DNA of 43,199 bases. Source: a virus. Positions 25,500-33,617 of this stretch are shown here, piece after piece. The translations under genes and the position numbers were made by a program. Every line of letters starts with the position of its first letter. Within the stretch, counting starts at the first letter, position 1. The notes below the pieces were generated by a model. It worked only from the letters and a program-made list of their open reading frames with translations, was not told where the DNA came from and did no database searches. Location: IMG/VR virus record IMGVR_UViG_3300028902_000016, one strand, 5' to 3'.

Positions 25500-25788
25500 T
25501 GGTTGTCTCGCGCCATCCTGCTTGCGCCTTCAGCCAGAAGATCGCTGCTGGAACGCTTGGCTCTGCTTTTGTTGCCTGCTTGAATAGCGACTCTGCGACC
25601 TTGGCATTGGCTTTGATCTTCCCTGTGTCGAGTTCCGTTCGGTAATGCTTACGGAGCGTCTTGGCAGTGATTCCGATCAATAGAGCGATGTCTTCTGCCG
25701 TCGCGCCATAGGCTGTCATTGCATCGACGGTCGCTCTTGTCTTTGCATCAGGCTGGTGTTCTGGTCGCGCCATTAGCTGCCTCGTCAA
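25378..25788 (-). CDS. Terminase small subunit candidate (HTH protein, 136 aa)
   Basis: Lies immediately upstream of TerL. HTH (EDIALLIGITAKTLRKHY) and an AAIFWLKAQAGWRE motif seen in small terminase-like proteins. The 122-nt overlap with TerL is unusually long. Confidence 0.55.
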   Translation of the reverse strand: MTRQLMARPEHQPDAKTRATVDAMTAYGATAEDIALLIGITAKTLRKHYRTELDTGKIKANAKVAESLFKQATKAEPSVPAAIFWLKAQAGWRETTNVQHSGKIEGSASEEERAARVVGILDAARERRSRDNSSNS

Positions 25789-27043
25789 ATGTAATGCCGT
25801 CGCGAATCCTGGTGGCTTGCTTGCCAGTGAAGTTCTGCCACCTGCGAATCGCCATGTCCACGTAAGCTGGGTTTAGCTCGATTGCAAAGCAAATCCTGCC
25901 AGTCATCTCTGCTGCGATGATCGTTGTGCCTGAACCGCTGAACGGCTCATAAACTGCTTGGCCTGGGCTGGAGTTGTTTTCAATCGGGCGCTTCATGCAC
26001 TCGACGGGTTTCTGGGTTGAGTGGCCTGTTTTTCCATCGTCCACATTCCCTTGCGTTCGGTGCATATTTGGGATTTGCCATACAGTTGACTGCTTTCTGT
26101 CGCCGCACCAATGCGCCGTTTTGCCTTTGCGCACGGCATACCAGCAAGGCTCATGCTGCATGTGATAGTGCCCTCTACCAATTACCAGCGAAGGCTTCAT
26201 CCAGATAACTTGCATCCTGCACTCGAACCCAGCTGCGTGCAATGAGCTAAGCACCTGGGCCGACAGCGGCCCAGGTGCGTGCCATACGTAGGCTACTTCT
26301 CCTGGAAAGAGTGACCATACCTCTCGCCAATCAGCCCGGTCGTCGTTTTCAACTTTCCCTTCAGCCCTCACCTGGTGCGCTTTATTAATGCCAGCCCGCA
26401 ATCGCCATCCGGCATCATATTCCACGCCATACGGAGGGTCCGTCACCATCAAGTGTGGCTTCACGCCAGCCAGGGCCTGCTCAACCGTTGCGGCATCCGT
26501 GCTGTCTCCGCAAGTAAGCCTATGATTGCCCAGCATCCATGTATCGCCAAGCTCGGAGACTGCCTTTTCCTCGAGTGCTGGGGTTTCGTCTGGATCTGTA
26601 AGGCCTTCCGACTTATCTGCAAGTAGCTCGATAATTTCGATCTGCCCAAAGCCCGTCAGCGCCAAATCGAATCCCAACTCTTGAAGGTCTTCGATTTCGA
26701 TTCTCAATAGATCGTCATCCCAGCCAGCGTTTAGCGCGAGCTTGTTGTCGGCGAGGATATAGGCCTTGCGTTGCGCGTCTGTGAGCCACGACACCTCGAT
26801 GCAGGGAACTTCGGCTCGCCCGAGCTTTTGGGCAGCTAGAACGCGACCGTGGCCGGCGACGATGCCCTTGTCGCCATCGATGATGACCGGGTTTATGAAG
26901 CCGAATTCTTTGATCGACGCCGCGATTTGGGCTATTTGCTCGGCGCTGTGGGTCCTAGCGTTTCGAGCATACGGAATCAACTCGTCGATGCTGACGCTTT
27001 TGTAAGACGGTAATAACTCGGCAGTCTTTCTCATGCAGAGCAT
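25748..27043 (-). CDS. ParB-like nuclease domain fused to an N6A/N4C DNA methyltransferase (431 aa)
   Basis: N-terminal ParB-like motif (ELIPYARNARTHSAEQI...GHGR). Catalytic TDPPYG, then the AdoMet motif EPFSGSGTT downstream (beta-class order). Confidence 0.8.
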   Translation of the reverse strand: MLCMRKTAELLPSYKSVSIDELIPYARNARTHSAEQIAQIAASIKEFGFINPVIIDGDKGIVAGHGRVLAAQKLGRAEVPCIEVSWLTDAQRKAYILADNKLALNAGWDDDLLRIEIEDLQELGFDLALTGFGQIEIIELLADKSEGLTDPDETPALEEKAVSELGDTWMLGNHRLTCGDSTDAATVEQALAGVKPHLMVTDPPYGVEYDAGWRLRAGINKAHQVRAEGKVENDDRADWREVWSLFPGEVAYVWHAPGPLSAQVLSSLHAAGFECRMQVIWMKPSLVIGRGHYHMQHEPCWYAVRKGKTAHWCGDRKQSTVWQIPNMHRTQGNVDDGKTGHSTQKPVECMKRPIENNSSPGQAVYEPFSGSGTTIIAAEMTGRICFAIELNPAYVDMAIRRWQNFTGKQATRIRDGITFDEAANGATRTPA

Positions 27044-27441
27044 CCGCCATTGACCGCAAAGACGGTGAGTTCGAACCCTTCCACCTGGCTCCAGCCTGAA
27101 TCGCGGAATCGCCTCGCTAGCTTGACGACGTTCGTGATGTACTCGTCCTCGAATCGCTCGATCTTGGCAGGGTCGGTGGCTGGAATGAAAACGACTTTGT
27201 TCGGGTTGTCGACGGCGAATTCTGCCGAGACGATCTCGCCGCTTCCGGCGTCGTGCGGCTGCGCTTTGTGCCAGTTGGCTTTGATCTTCTCGATCATCTT
27301 TTCTCGTGTCATGCGCCAGTACCTCTCTTTGGCTTCCTCAGCCCTCATGCGCTCATCCATACGTCGTCGGCGCCATGCAACAAGGTCGAAGGCGAGGACG
27401 AACGCGATCGCCACGACTCCGACCCACGTTGCGGCGTTCAT
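27031..27441 (-). CDS. N-terminally membrane-anchored protein (136 aa), end of lysis cassette
   Basis: TM helix WVGVVAIAFVLAFDLVAW followed by a charged helical segment. A spanin-like or other lysis accessory role is speculative. Confidence 0.5.
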   Translation of the reverse strand: MNAATWVGVVAIAFVLAFDLVAWRRRRMDERMRAEEAKERYWRMTREKMIEKIKANWHKAQPHDAGSGEIVSAEFAVDNPNKVVFIPATDPAKIERFEDEYITNVVKLARRFRDSGWSQVEGFELTVFAVNGGCSA

Positions 27442-27442
27442 G

Positions 27443-27826
27443 TCAGAACTTCACTTGATAGGTTAAGGAGGCCGCCAAACCAAGGCGGAAATCTCGGAAG
27501 TCTTTGAAGAAGCTGTCCAAGGAATTGATGTTCTTTGAGACTCCCACTCCGATACTGAGGGTGAGACGGTCGGCAATTCTAAGAGGCAAGGTGGCAGAGC
27601 CTCCCACTGGCGTTGAACTCTCTCCCGTTCCGGCGAACGCGCTGAGATCCACATCGAGCCATGAGATGCCCAGAACGTTGGGCAGAGTGTCGAACTGCTT
27701 GAATGCGACGACGGATGTACTTTTGTCGTGAAACTGGTAGAAGGCGCCAAGGCTCCACGGCTTGTCCTGTGCGCTTGAAATGCACGAGATTACGAGAAGG
27801 GAGAGAAGTAAGATTAGTTTCTTCAA
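27443..27826 (-). CDS. Secreted/lipoprotein-type small outer-membrane-like protein (127 aa, TTG start)
   Basis: A TTG at 27826 with AGGAG 7 nt upstream gives MKKLILLLSLLVISC-ISSAQD (lipobox-like VISC). The C-terminus is ...LGLAASLTYQVKF, an OMP-like terminal Phe. The ATG-based track ORF adds an Arg-rich 38-aa extension that overlaps the upstream gene. Confidence 0.6.
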   Translation of the reverse strand: MKKLILLLSLLVISCISSAQDKPWSLGAFYQFHDKSTSVVAFKQFDTLPNVLGISWLDVDLSAFAGTGESSTPVGGSATLPLRIADRLTLSIGVGVSKNINSLDSFFKDFRDFRLGLAASLTYQVKF

Positions 27827-28011
27827 AGCTGAACTCCTGATTGGCTCACGCCTAGAGCGGCGAGAAGCCCGGTTGCGGTTCCGGCGATCCATCTGCGGGA
27901 CGCCAGCATCCAATTGAATTTGCGTTTCGACTTGGCCCATTTCTGGAGGTCGATCACGAAAGCGGTGGCGAAGCCGGTTCCGGCTCCGATCAAAGCGGTG
28001 TTGAGGTTCAC
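27823..28011 (-). CDS. Holin-like two-TM protein (62 aa)
   Basis: Two hydrophobic segments (ALIGAGTGFATAFVI and IAGTATGLLAALGV) flank a basic loop. Lies in the lysis cassette. Confidence 0.55.
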   Translation of the reverse strand: MNLNTALIGAGTGFATAFVIDLQKWAKSKRKFNWMLASRRWIAGTATGLLAALGVSQSGVQL

Positions 28012-28322
28012 TGTCGCTCCTTCCCCGAGAGCATCGTCTCGATGCGGATCACGGCCTCATGCGTGGCGTTAGCCTTGTCCTTGACTTCCTTTGTGTCGGA
28101 CTTGATCTCCATCACCGCGCTCTTGAGGTTCTGATCCTCCCTGGCAAGCGCGGCGAGCTTCATCTCCACGCGAAAGCCCCAGCCGATGGCGGCCATGACG
28201 TAGCCAATGACGAGAAAGGTCGCCTTCTCCATGTAGGAGTCAGGGACCGTGACGGCTGCAAGGAATAGGCTGAGCATTGTTTCATGTGGCACCCTTGGTG
28301 CAAACAAAGATCTAAGGAACAC
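28008..28322 (-). CDS. Membrane-anchored coiled-coil protein (holin or i-spanin-like, 104 aa)
   Basis: Hydrophobic N-terminal half, then a charged helical C-terminal half. Lies directly after the endolysin. An alternative start lies at 28277. Confidence 0.5.
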   Translation of the reverse strand: MFLRSLFAPRVPHETMLSLFLAAVTVPDSYMEKATFLVIGYVMAAIGWGFRVEMKLAALAREDQNLKSAVMEIKSDTKEVKDKANATHEAVIRIETMLSGKERQ

Positions 28323-28776
28323 TCAAAACGAAAACGCGGCATTTGCTTTGGTAGCCTTTGCCCGTCCATGGCCTGGAGCCGGGGCCGTGGCCACCGTAGG
28401 ACTCATAGGTTCGTCCATTCAAGATGAAACCCACGTGACGGCCGACGCCCTTGCCCGGCTGCTGTGGGAGCACGAAGATTCTCAGGATGCCGTCTTTCAG
28501 TAAGCCGTTTTCGACCGTGGATTCTTTGAAGTGGTTCTGAACCAGCCATTCGAGCTGCTTTGCTGAACCGTCTGGAATGACTTCCTTGCAGGCCTTGTGC
28601 ACGATGAGCCTGGTAAAGCCTGAGCAGTCGATCTCCTTCACGTCGGCGAGCTGCACGTCCAGAAATGGAGCTTTCGCGCCAAGAAGGTACTTGCAGTCCT
28701 TCATCTTGCCCGTGAGGGCAGGGATATCCTGCGGCTCGATCGGGAGCGTCTCAAATGGGAAATCGTTCTTCGGCAT
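28312..28776 (-). CDS. Endolysin, NlpC/P60-like cysteine peptidase (154 aa)
   Basis: IDCSGFTRL (catalytic Cys motif) and GRHVGFILNG (His motif) in the NlpC/P60 order. First gene after the long leader. Confidence 0.7.
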   Translation of the reverse strand: MPKNDFPFETLPIEPQDIPALTGKMKDCKYLLGAKAPFLDVQLADVKEIDCSGFTRLIVHKACKEVIPDGSAKQLEWLVQNHFKESTVENGLLKDGILRIFVLPQQPGKGVGRHVGFILNGRTYESYGGHGPGSRPWTGKGYQSKCRVFVLSVP

Positions 28777-28781
28777 GGCGT

Positions 28782-28816
28782 AAAAAGGGGCCCGGCAGGT
28801 GTCTGACTACCGGGCC
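28782..28816 (-). terminator. Intrinsic terminator T3, 5 nt upstream of the endolysin ATG
   Basis: Minus RNA is GGCCCGG(UAG)-ucagacac-(CUG)CCGGGCC, then CC-UUUUU-ACGCC-AUG. The 7-bp GC stem (28789-28795 / 28810-28816) is extendable by 3 more pairs. Confidence 0.65.
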
Positions 28817-29580
28817 TAGAGGTTTCTTATGCTTCCCTAGCTCGTTGGCTAAGCTGTGATGCCCGTTTGGACTAGCGGGTTGGTTTGCGCAACCACGGGC
28901 ACAGGTAGGTGGCCTTGGAGGTGATCCAAGATGGATGGCGGGTCATGGCAGGCATGCTCGTCGAAGCAGAGGCTCGCTCGCCGCCAAATTGCTAACTAAG
29001 GGCTCGCTATACGGCCTTGCCGCCCCGGTGGTACCAAGAGGTCGGGTCCCCTGCGGGGTCTCGACTTAGTGCCGATTCGCCATGTTTCAGGTTAGTTAGC
29101 AAATCTTTCGGGCACGTTTCGGTGGGTTCTCCGGCACATAACGCCTGCCGTTCGAACGACAGCACCGGAGTCGGCTCGGGTCCGATTGGGTACGTCCTTC
29201 CGACCTCGCGATGGCCCAAAACTTGTACGGGTCTAAGATAAATAAAGGGCTCAACTTGCGCTGAGCCCCGGAGAAGCCGTAGTACCCAGACTAGCCGGGG
29301 TTCGGACTCCATGTTTTAAGACGAACTCGCGCATCGAAAGGGCTCCAGCGTGTATATCAATTTGCTGTCTTTACCCATTTCGACTCCTGCGGGAAGGATG
29401 CGAAATGTTGCCGCATGTTTTTCCGTTCGTCCGTCCGAATGGGATGTGCGCGGCGGGACCGGAATAGCGGCAAAACGTAGTCGATCCCTGTACGGGTGGA
29501 AGCCCTGGGATCGTCGCGGAGTCCTTTGGTCGAACTGAAAAGCTGCCGTCCTTTCGGCCCAGCTAGGGGAGGACTCAAGC
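28817..29580 (-). ncRNA. Candidate structured non-coding RNA(s) / late-operon leader between T1 and T3
   Basis: No credible ORF. Bounded and bisected by terminators on the transcribed strand. Many local helices plus an 11-bp long-range pairing (28989-28999 with 29092-29102). No family identified by eye. Confidence 0.35.
29237..29268 (-). terminator. Intrinsic terminator T2
   Basis: Minus RNA is GGGCUCA-gcgcaagu-UGAGCCC followed by UUUAUUUAUCUU. Stem at 29247-29253 / 29262-29268. Confidence 0.7.
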
Positions 29581-29612
29581 GGAAATAGAAAAGCCCCTGC
29601 GATGGCAGAGGC
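29581..29612 (-). terminator. Intrinsic terminator T1 (end of the early-left operon)
   Basis: Minus RNA is GCCUCUGC-cauc-GCAGGGGC followed by UUUUCUAUUUCC. One position is a G-U pair on the minus strand but a C-A mismatch on the plus strand, which supports minus-strand function. Confidence 0.7.
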
Positions 29613-29703
29613 GAAAGTGGTTGAACCTAACTGCTTGCTATCTTCAGACGCAAGACTCCGTGGCCCACTAAAACGATTATACGCACAAAACCGCGAAAAG
29701 GTC

Positions 29704-29874
29704 TCATGATTTTGCAGCGATGTACTTGGCGAGCTTCTTCTCGTCGATCAGCCACAGCGTGGAGACCTTCACCGCGCCAACCTGACGACAGAAAACCTGA
29801 GAGCGGTTTAGTTTCACTCTCAGGTAATCAGGGGATATACCTAGACGCTTAGAGGCTTCAGACAGTGGGATCAT
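29704..29874 (-). CDS. Small Xis/MerR-type HTH protein (56 aa, absent from the track)
   Basis: Hand translation: MIPLSEASKRLGISPDYLRVKLNRSQVFCRQVGAVKVSTLWLIDEKKLAKYIAAKS. This is the pattern of excisionase-family HTH_17 domains. Overlaps the upstream gene end by 17 nt. The RBS is weak. Confidence 0.5.
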   Translation of the reverse strand: MIPLSEASKRLGISPDYLRVKLNRSQVFCRQVGAVKVSTLWLIDEKKLAKYIAAKS

Positions 29875-30163
29875 CTAGTCGCCTATCATACACGCCCTCC
29901 GCATCCATCTGCCTTGTAAGATCAGACAATGCGACGGATCGGCACTTGGCGAAGTGAATTTCTCGCTCCCACTCCTTGAATAAATCATTCTGTCCAAGCG
30001 ATGTCAGGTCGCGTAGTTGGTCGATCATATAGTCAAACCGAACGCCAAGAAGGATGTTTCGTTCATAAATAACTCCGAACTGGTGGACGTTCAGCCTCCT
30101 AAGCATTTCATACCGAAAATACCCTTGCTCCATGCGCTCTTCGATAACTCGCTGTTTGTTCAT
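29858..30163 (-). CDS. Hypothetical protein (101 aa)
   Basis: ORF in operon order with a protein-like composition. No motif recognised. Confidence 0.55.
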   Translation of the reverse strand: MNKQRVIEERMEQGYFRYEMLRRLNVHQFGVIYERNILLGVRFDYMIDQLRDLTSLGQNDLFKEWEREIHFAKCRSVALSDLTRQMDAEGVYDRRLDDPTV

Positions 30164-30166
30164 TTC

Positions 30167-30619
30167 TTACCACTCCGTCCTGATGTCTACGTGATAATCG
30201 GGCCATTTATCTTTAACCCGATCACGAATCCACCTGTTAAACAATGGGCACTCGCCCTCTTCAATGAACGCGGTTAACACTGGTTTATTTTCCACGATAT
30301 TCCCCGGCATGTAGAATGAAACCGAAGCATCGACGCAATTCAGATCACCCCAGTTCACACAGAAATGTTCGTCTTTATCTTCCATCGCGGCAATGATTGC
30401 CTCGTCTACATCATTAGCGAATTTCGCCAGCATGTGCGTATCTCCTGGCACCCGTGACCCCTGCTTGTACACACTGACGACGACTGACTCCCCGATCAGA
30501 TCAGATGGCAGCCAATCAAACAACACACAACCCACCCGACTTGAGTCGAATGGGTTGTTCGGATACGCTTGCCTTACTGTGAAAGTCCCGACGGCTATCG
30601 GGGTTGTGTTTGATTCCAT
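30167..30619 (-). CDS. Hypothetical protein (150 aa)
   Basis: Start set at ATG 30619 (MESNTTPIAV...), with a GAGGAG 7 nt upstream. The 46-aa N-terminal extension in the track ORF is His/Arg-rich junk. Confidence 0.55.
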   Translation of the reverse strand: MESNTTPIAVGTFTVRQAYPNNPFDSSRVGCVLFDWLPSDLIGESVVVSVYKQGSRVPGDTHMLAKFANDVDEAIIAAMEDKDEHFCVNWGDLNCVDASVSFYMPGNIVENKPVLTAFIEEGECPLFNRWIRDRVKDKWPDYHVDIRTEW

Positions 30620-30750
30620 GAATACTCCTCTAGTGCTGACTTGAACTCTGGGTTCGTGAAATACTCGCGGCAGATTTCCAGGTTTGCGATTGTGTCCGCG
30701 TCTGTCTGTTCTGCAATGACTGTGTTGAAAATCTCTTTGATTTGTTCCAT
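30595..30750 (-). CDS. Small helical protein (51 aa, absent from the track)
   Basis: Hand translation: MEQIKEIFNTVIAEQTDADTIANLEICREYFTNPEFKSALEEYSWNQTQPR. Fills the gap upstream of 30619. No clear Shine-Dalgarno. Confidence 0.35.
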   Translation of the reverse strand: MEQIKEIFNTVIAEQTDADTIANLEICREYFTNPEFKSALEEYSWNQTQPR

Positions 30751-30790
30751 ACATCAATGATACGCTAGCGAATCATAAAACACAAGGGTT

Positions 30791-31225
30791 TTATGCGATT
30801 TCTTGCTCAAATTTCGCAGCCGCAACCCTCTTCATGAGCTGCACCACTGCCCGAATAGCTTCCGATGCTCCCTCTTTGCCGAGCCCTCTCGACACCCGCA
30901 TGAACGGCGTCGTCACCCGGAATGACTCGGGATTCTGCCGCATGTACAGGGTGTGGCTCAAGAACTCTCCGATCAAAGCGTCTTGCGGGTTCTCCTTGCA
31001 GTGAAGGGCTATCTGCGTTCGTACCAAGAGGTAATCGCCGTATTCAAGATCGCTCCACGCGTCCATGTCGAGATACAGGTCGTCGATATCGGGAGTCAGT
31101 CCCTTGGGCCACGGTGGAGGCTCGCTCTCGACCTTCTCAGGCTTGCTCGTCGCTCCATTGATTCGGTAGCTGGCATAGTTGCAAAGCGCCTGATATGCCC
31201 ACTTGAGGTGTCTCTTGTCGATCAT
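30791..31225 (-). CDS. Hypothetical protein (144 aa)
   Basis: ORF downstream of the helicase gene. No motif recognised. Confidence 0.55.
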   Translation of the reverse strand: MIDKRHLKWAYQALCNYASYRINGATSKPEKVESEPPPWPKGLTPDIDDLYLDMDAWSDLEYGDYLLVRTQIALHCKENPQDALIGEFLSHTLYMRQNPESFRVTTPFMRVSRGLGKEGASEAIRAVVQLMKRVAAAKFEQEIA

Positions 31226-31295
31226 CCTTGATTGCCTCCTGCGGCGGAATTTCTGGCGGGATAACGTCGAAGGGCTTGCTTGGGTCCTTGGGGTT

Positions 31296-32551
31296 TCACT
31301 CGGGCACCTCTTGGAATGTCAGGGTCCTGGGATCCCAGACGCAGTTGATCTCTTTCCCCATGCCGCCAAACCGGGAGTATTCGAGCACGATCTTCGCCGT
31401 CGATTGGTTCTCGCGTTGGATGCGAAGCACCAGACCGGCGTCCTCTTCCCACTTTCGGCTACCCTTGGTGATCGTCTTGCCGTCCTTTCCGCCCTCGGTG
31501 ATCTGGCTTCCGACGATGATCGCAAGGTTCAGCCTTTCTGCCGCTCTGCTGATCGCGTGAGATATCCAGTCACCTTCTGCGACGCCGCCGTATCTCGCCC
31601 GACGATTGTCGCTCGTAAGCTTTTGGGCATAGTCGATGAAGACCGCCCGGTACGGCTTGTCGAGGTGCTTGGCTTCGAGTTGGCCAAGGAACGATTCGAT
31701 GGTGTCGGAGTCGGTCTTACTTGCATCGAAGACTTGAGCATCCCAAACGGTGTCGATCGCGAACATCGCGCTCTCAAAGCCTTTCACGTCCTCGCCAAAC
31801 AGATCGGCGTCGGCTGGCATCTTGGACCAACCGGAAAGGCATCTGAGCATTCGCCGCTTGAGGCGCCTGGCGTTCAGGTCGGCAAACGTGGCGTACATCA
31901 CACGGTGACCGGCCTCTGCCATCTGGCAGAAAGACTGCACCATGAACGTCGATTTGCCCGCCTTGTGATAGGCCGAGATCATGGACATCTGGCCGTCTGG
32001 GTAGCCCTTGGTGGCGATTGCCATGTCGATCCCATCGATTCCTGTCGAGACCCCGGTGTCATCGCCTGATGCATCGATATCGGCAAGATCGATGAACGCC
32101 GAAGTGCGATTGCCGGAAGCTGGAATGCTCGAGACCAGTGCGCGAATCTCGTCGATTTCGTTGCCGTTGTTGATCTTCGAGATCACGTTTCGGCAGGCGA
32201 GCAAGTAGGCCCTGGCTTCGGCTTTGTCGGCCACCACTTTGGCGTAATGCAGGGCCGATGCAGGGCTTGGAACGTACTCGGCGACTTGGATAACGTAGTC
32301 GTCGTTTCCGATCTCGTCCAACTTGTTTTTGTCTTTGAGCCATTGCAGGACGATGGACAGTTCGGTCGTCGAACCTTGCCTATCGAGCGCTTCGATTGCC
32401 CTGAAAATCTCCTGGTGCGCCGGTCGGTAGAACGACTCTGCCCGGATCATTCCACGGGTCAGTTTGTAGGCCATCGGGTCGAGCATCATGCTGCCGAGTA
32501 GCGCCATTTCCATCTCGAGCGAATGGTTGGCTTCGACTTCTTGGACGCCCA

Positions 32552-32555
<4 letters not shown>
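31296..32555 (-). CDS. dnaB: Replicative DNA helicase, DnaB family (419 aa)
   Basis: N-terminal DnaB-like domain (LLGSMMLDP...FYRPAHQEIFRAI). Walker A AYHKAGKST. RecA-like C-terminal domain. Confidence 0.85.
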
Positions 32556-33253
<698 letters not shown>

Positions 33254-33316
33254 ATTGCACCTTTTCCGTCGAAATGGACGCGATGAGTGGGTACTCCGAA
33301 TGGGTACTCGCTTGTC

Positions 33317-33577
33317 TTAGATCGGCCCGTATAGATGGTCTGTGGCAAGCATCTCGGGCGCCTTCAGATCGATCTCTAGGTGCGATTCTAGGCACCGCTT
33401 CAGAGTTACAATCAGGTCGTCGTTGGCATCCGGCCACAAATGTTCGTGGACCAGATAATCCGCCCGAGTGGTCGCTAAGCACTCGATTAACGTCTGTATC
33501 TCGCGCCCGGTCAGGAATGGAATTCCCTGAACGACTTCGCGCATTCTTGGCAACAATTCTTCCGGTATCTCGTACAT
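33317..33577 (-). CDS. Hypothetical protein (86 aa)
   Basis: ORF in operon order with a protein-like composition. Confidence 0.55.
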   Translation of the reverse strand: MYEIPEELLPRMREVVQGIPFLTGREIQTLIECLATTRADYLVHEHLWPDANDDLIVTLKRCLESHLEIDLKAPEMLATDHLYGPI

Positions 33578-33617
33578 ATCTTCTCCTCATTTCAATCCTC
33601 GCCATCCCTGCCCTCCT

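Noticed and set aside
29281-29312. T-loop-like GGGGTTCGGACTCC, suggesting a tmRNA or tRNA-like 3' end in the leader
   Set aside because: The flanking bases do not form a T-stem or an acceptor stem on either strand. I could not find a tag-peptide reading frame or a CCA end.
29007-29578. Four short ORFs (29007..29312 -, 29017..29241 +, 29350..29538 +, 29357..29578 -) inside the long gap
   Set aside because: They overlap each other on opposite strands. They have no Shine-Dalgarno and junk-like composition. The 101-aa ORF reads through the T2 terminator hairpin. The region is treated as non-coding.
28777-29703. Small self-cleaving ribozymes (hammerhead CUGAUGA...GAAA core) or a group I/II intron in the leader
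   Set aside because: I found no CUGANGA core with an appropriately placed GAAA and cleavage triplet on either strand. There is no interrupted host gene and no intron-encoded protein. This cannot be fully excluded without covariance-model searches.
31203-32069. 288-aa plus-strand ORF, plus similar antisense or alternative-frame ORFs (4996..5811, 5681..6265, 5802..6449, 21772..22605, 34791..35477, 36346..37053, 18725..19465, 17609..18247)
   Set aside because: All overlap genes that have recognisable motifs or operon coupling (DnaB, tail protein, protease, early genes, TPR-GT). All translate to Arg/Gly/Pro-rich junk, and none has an RBS context.
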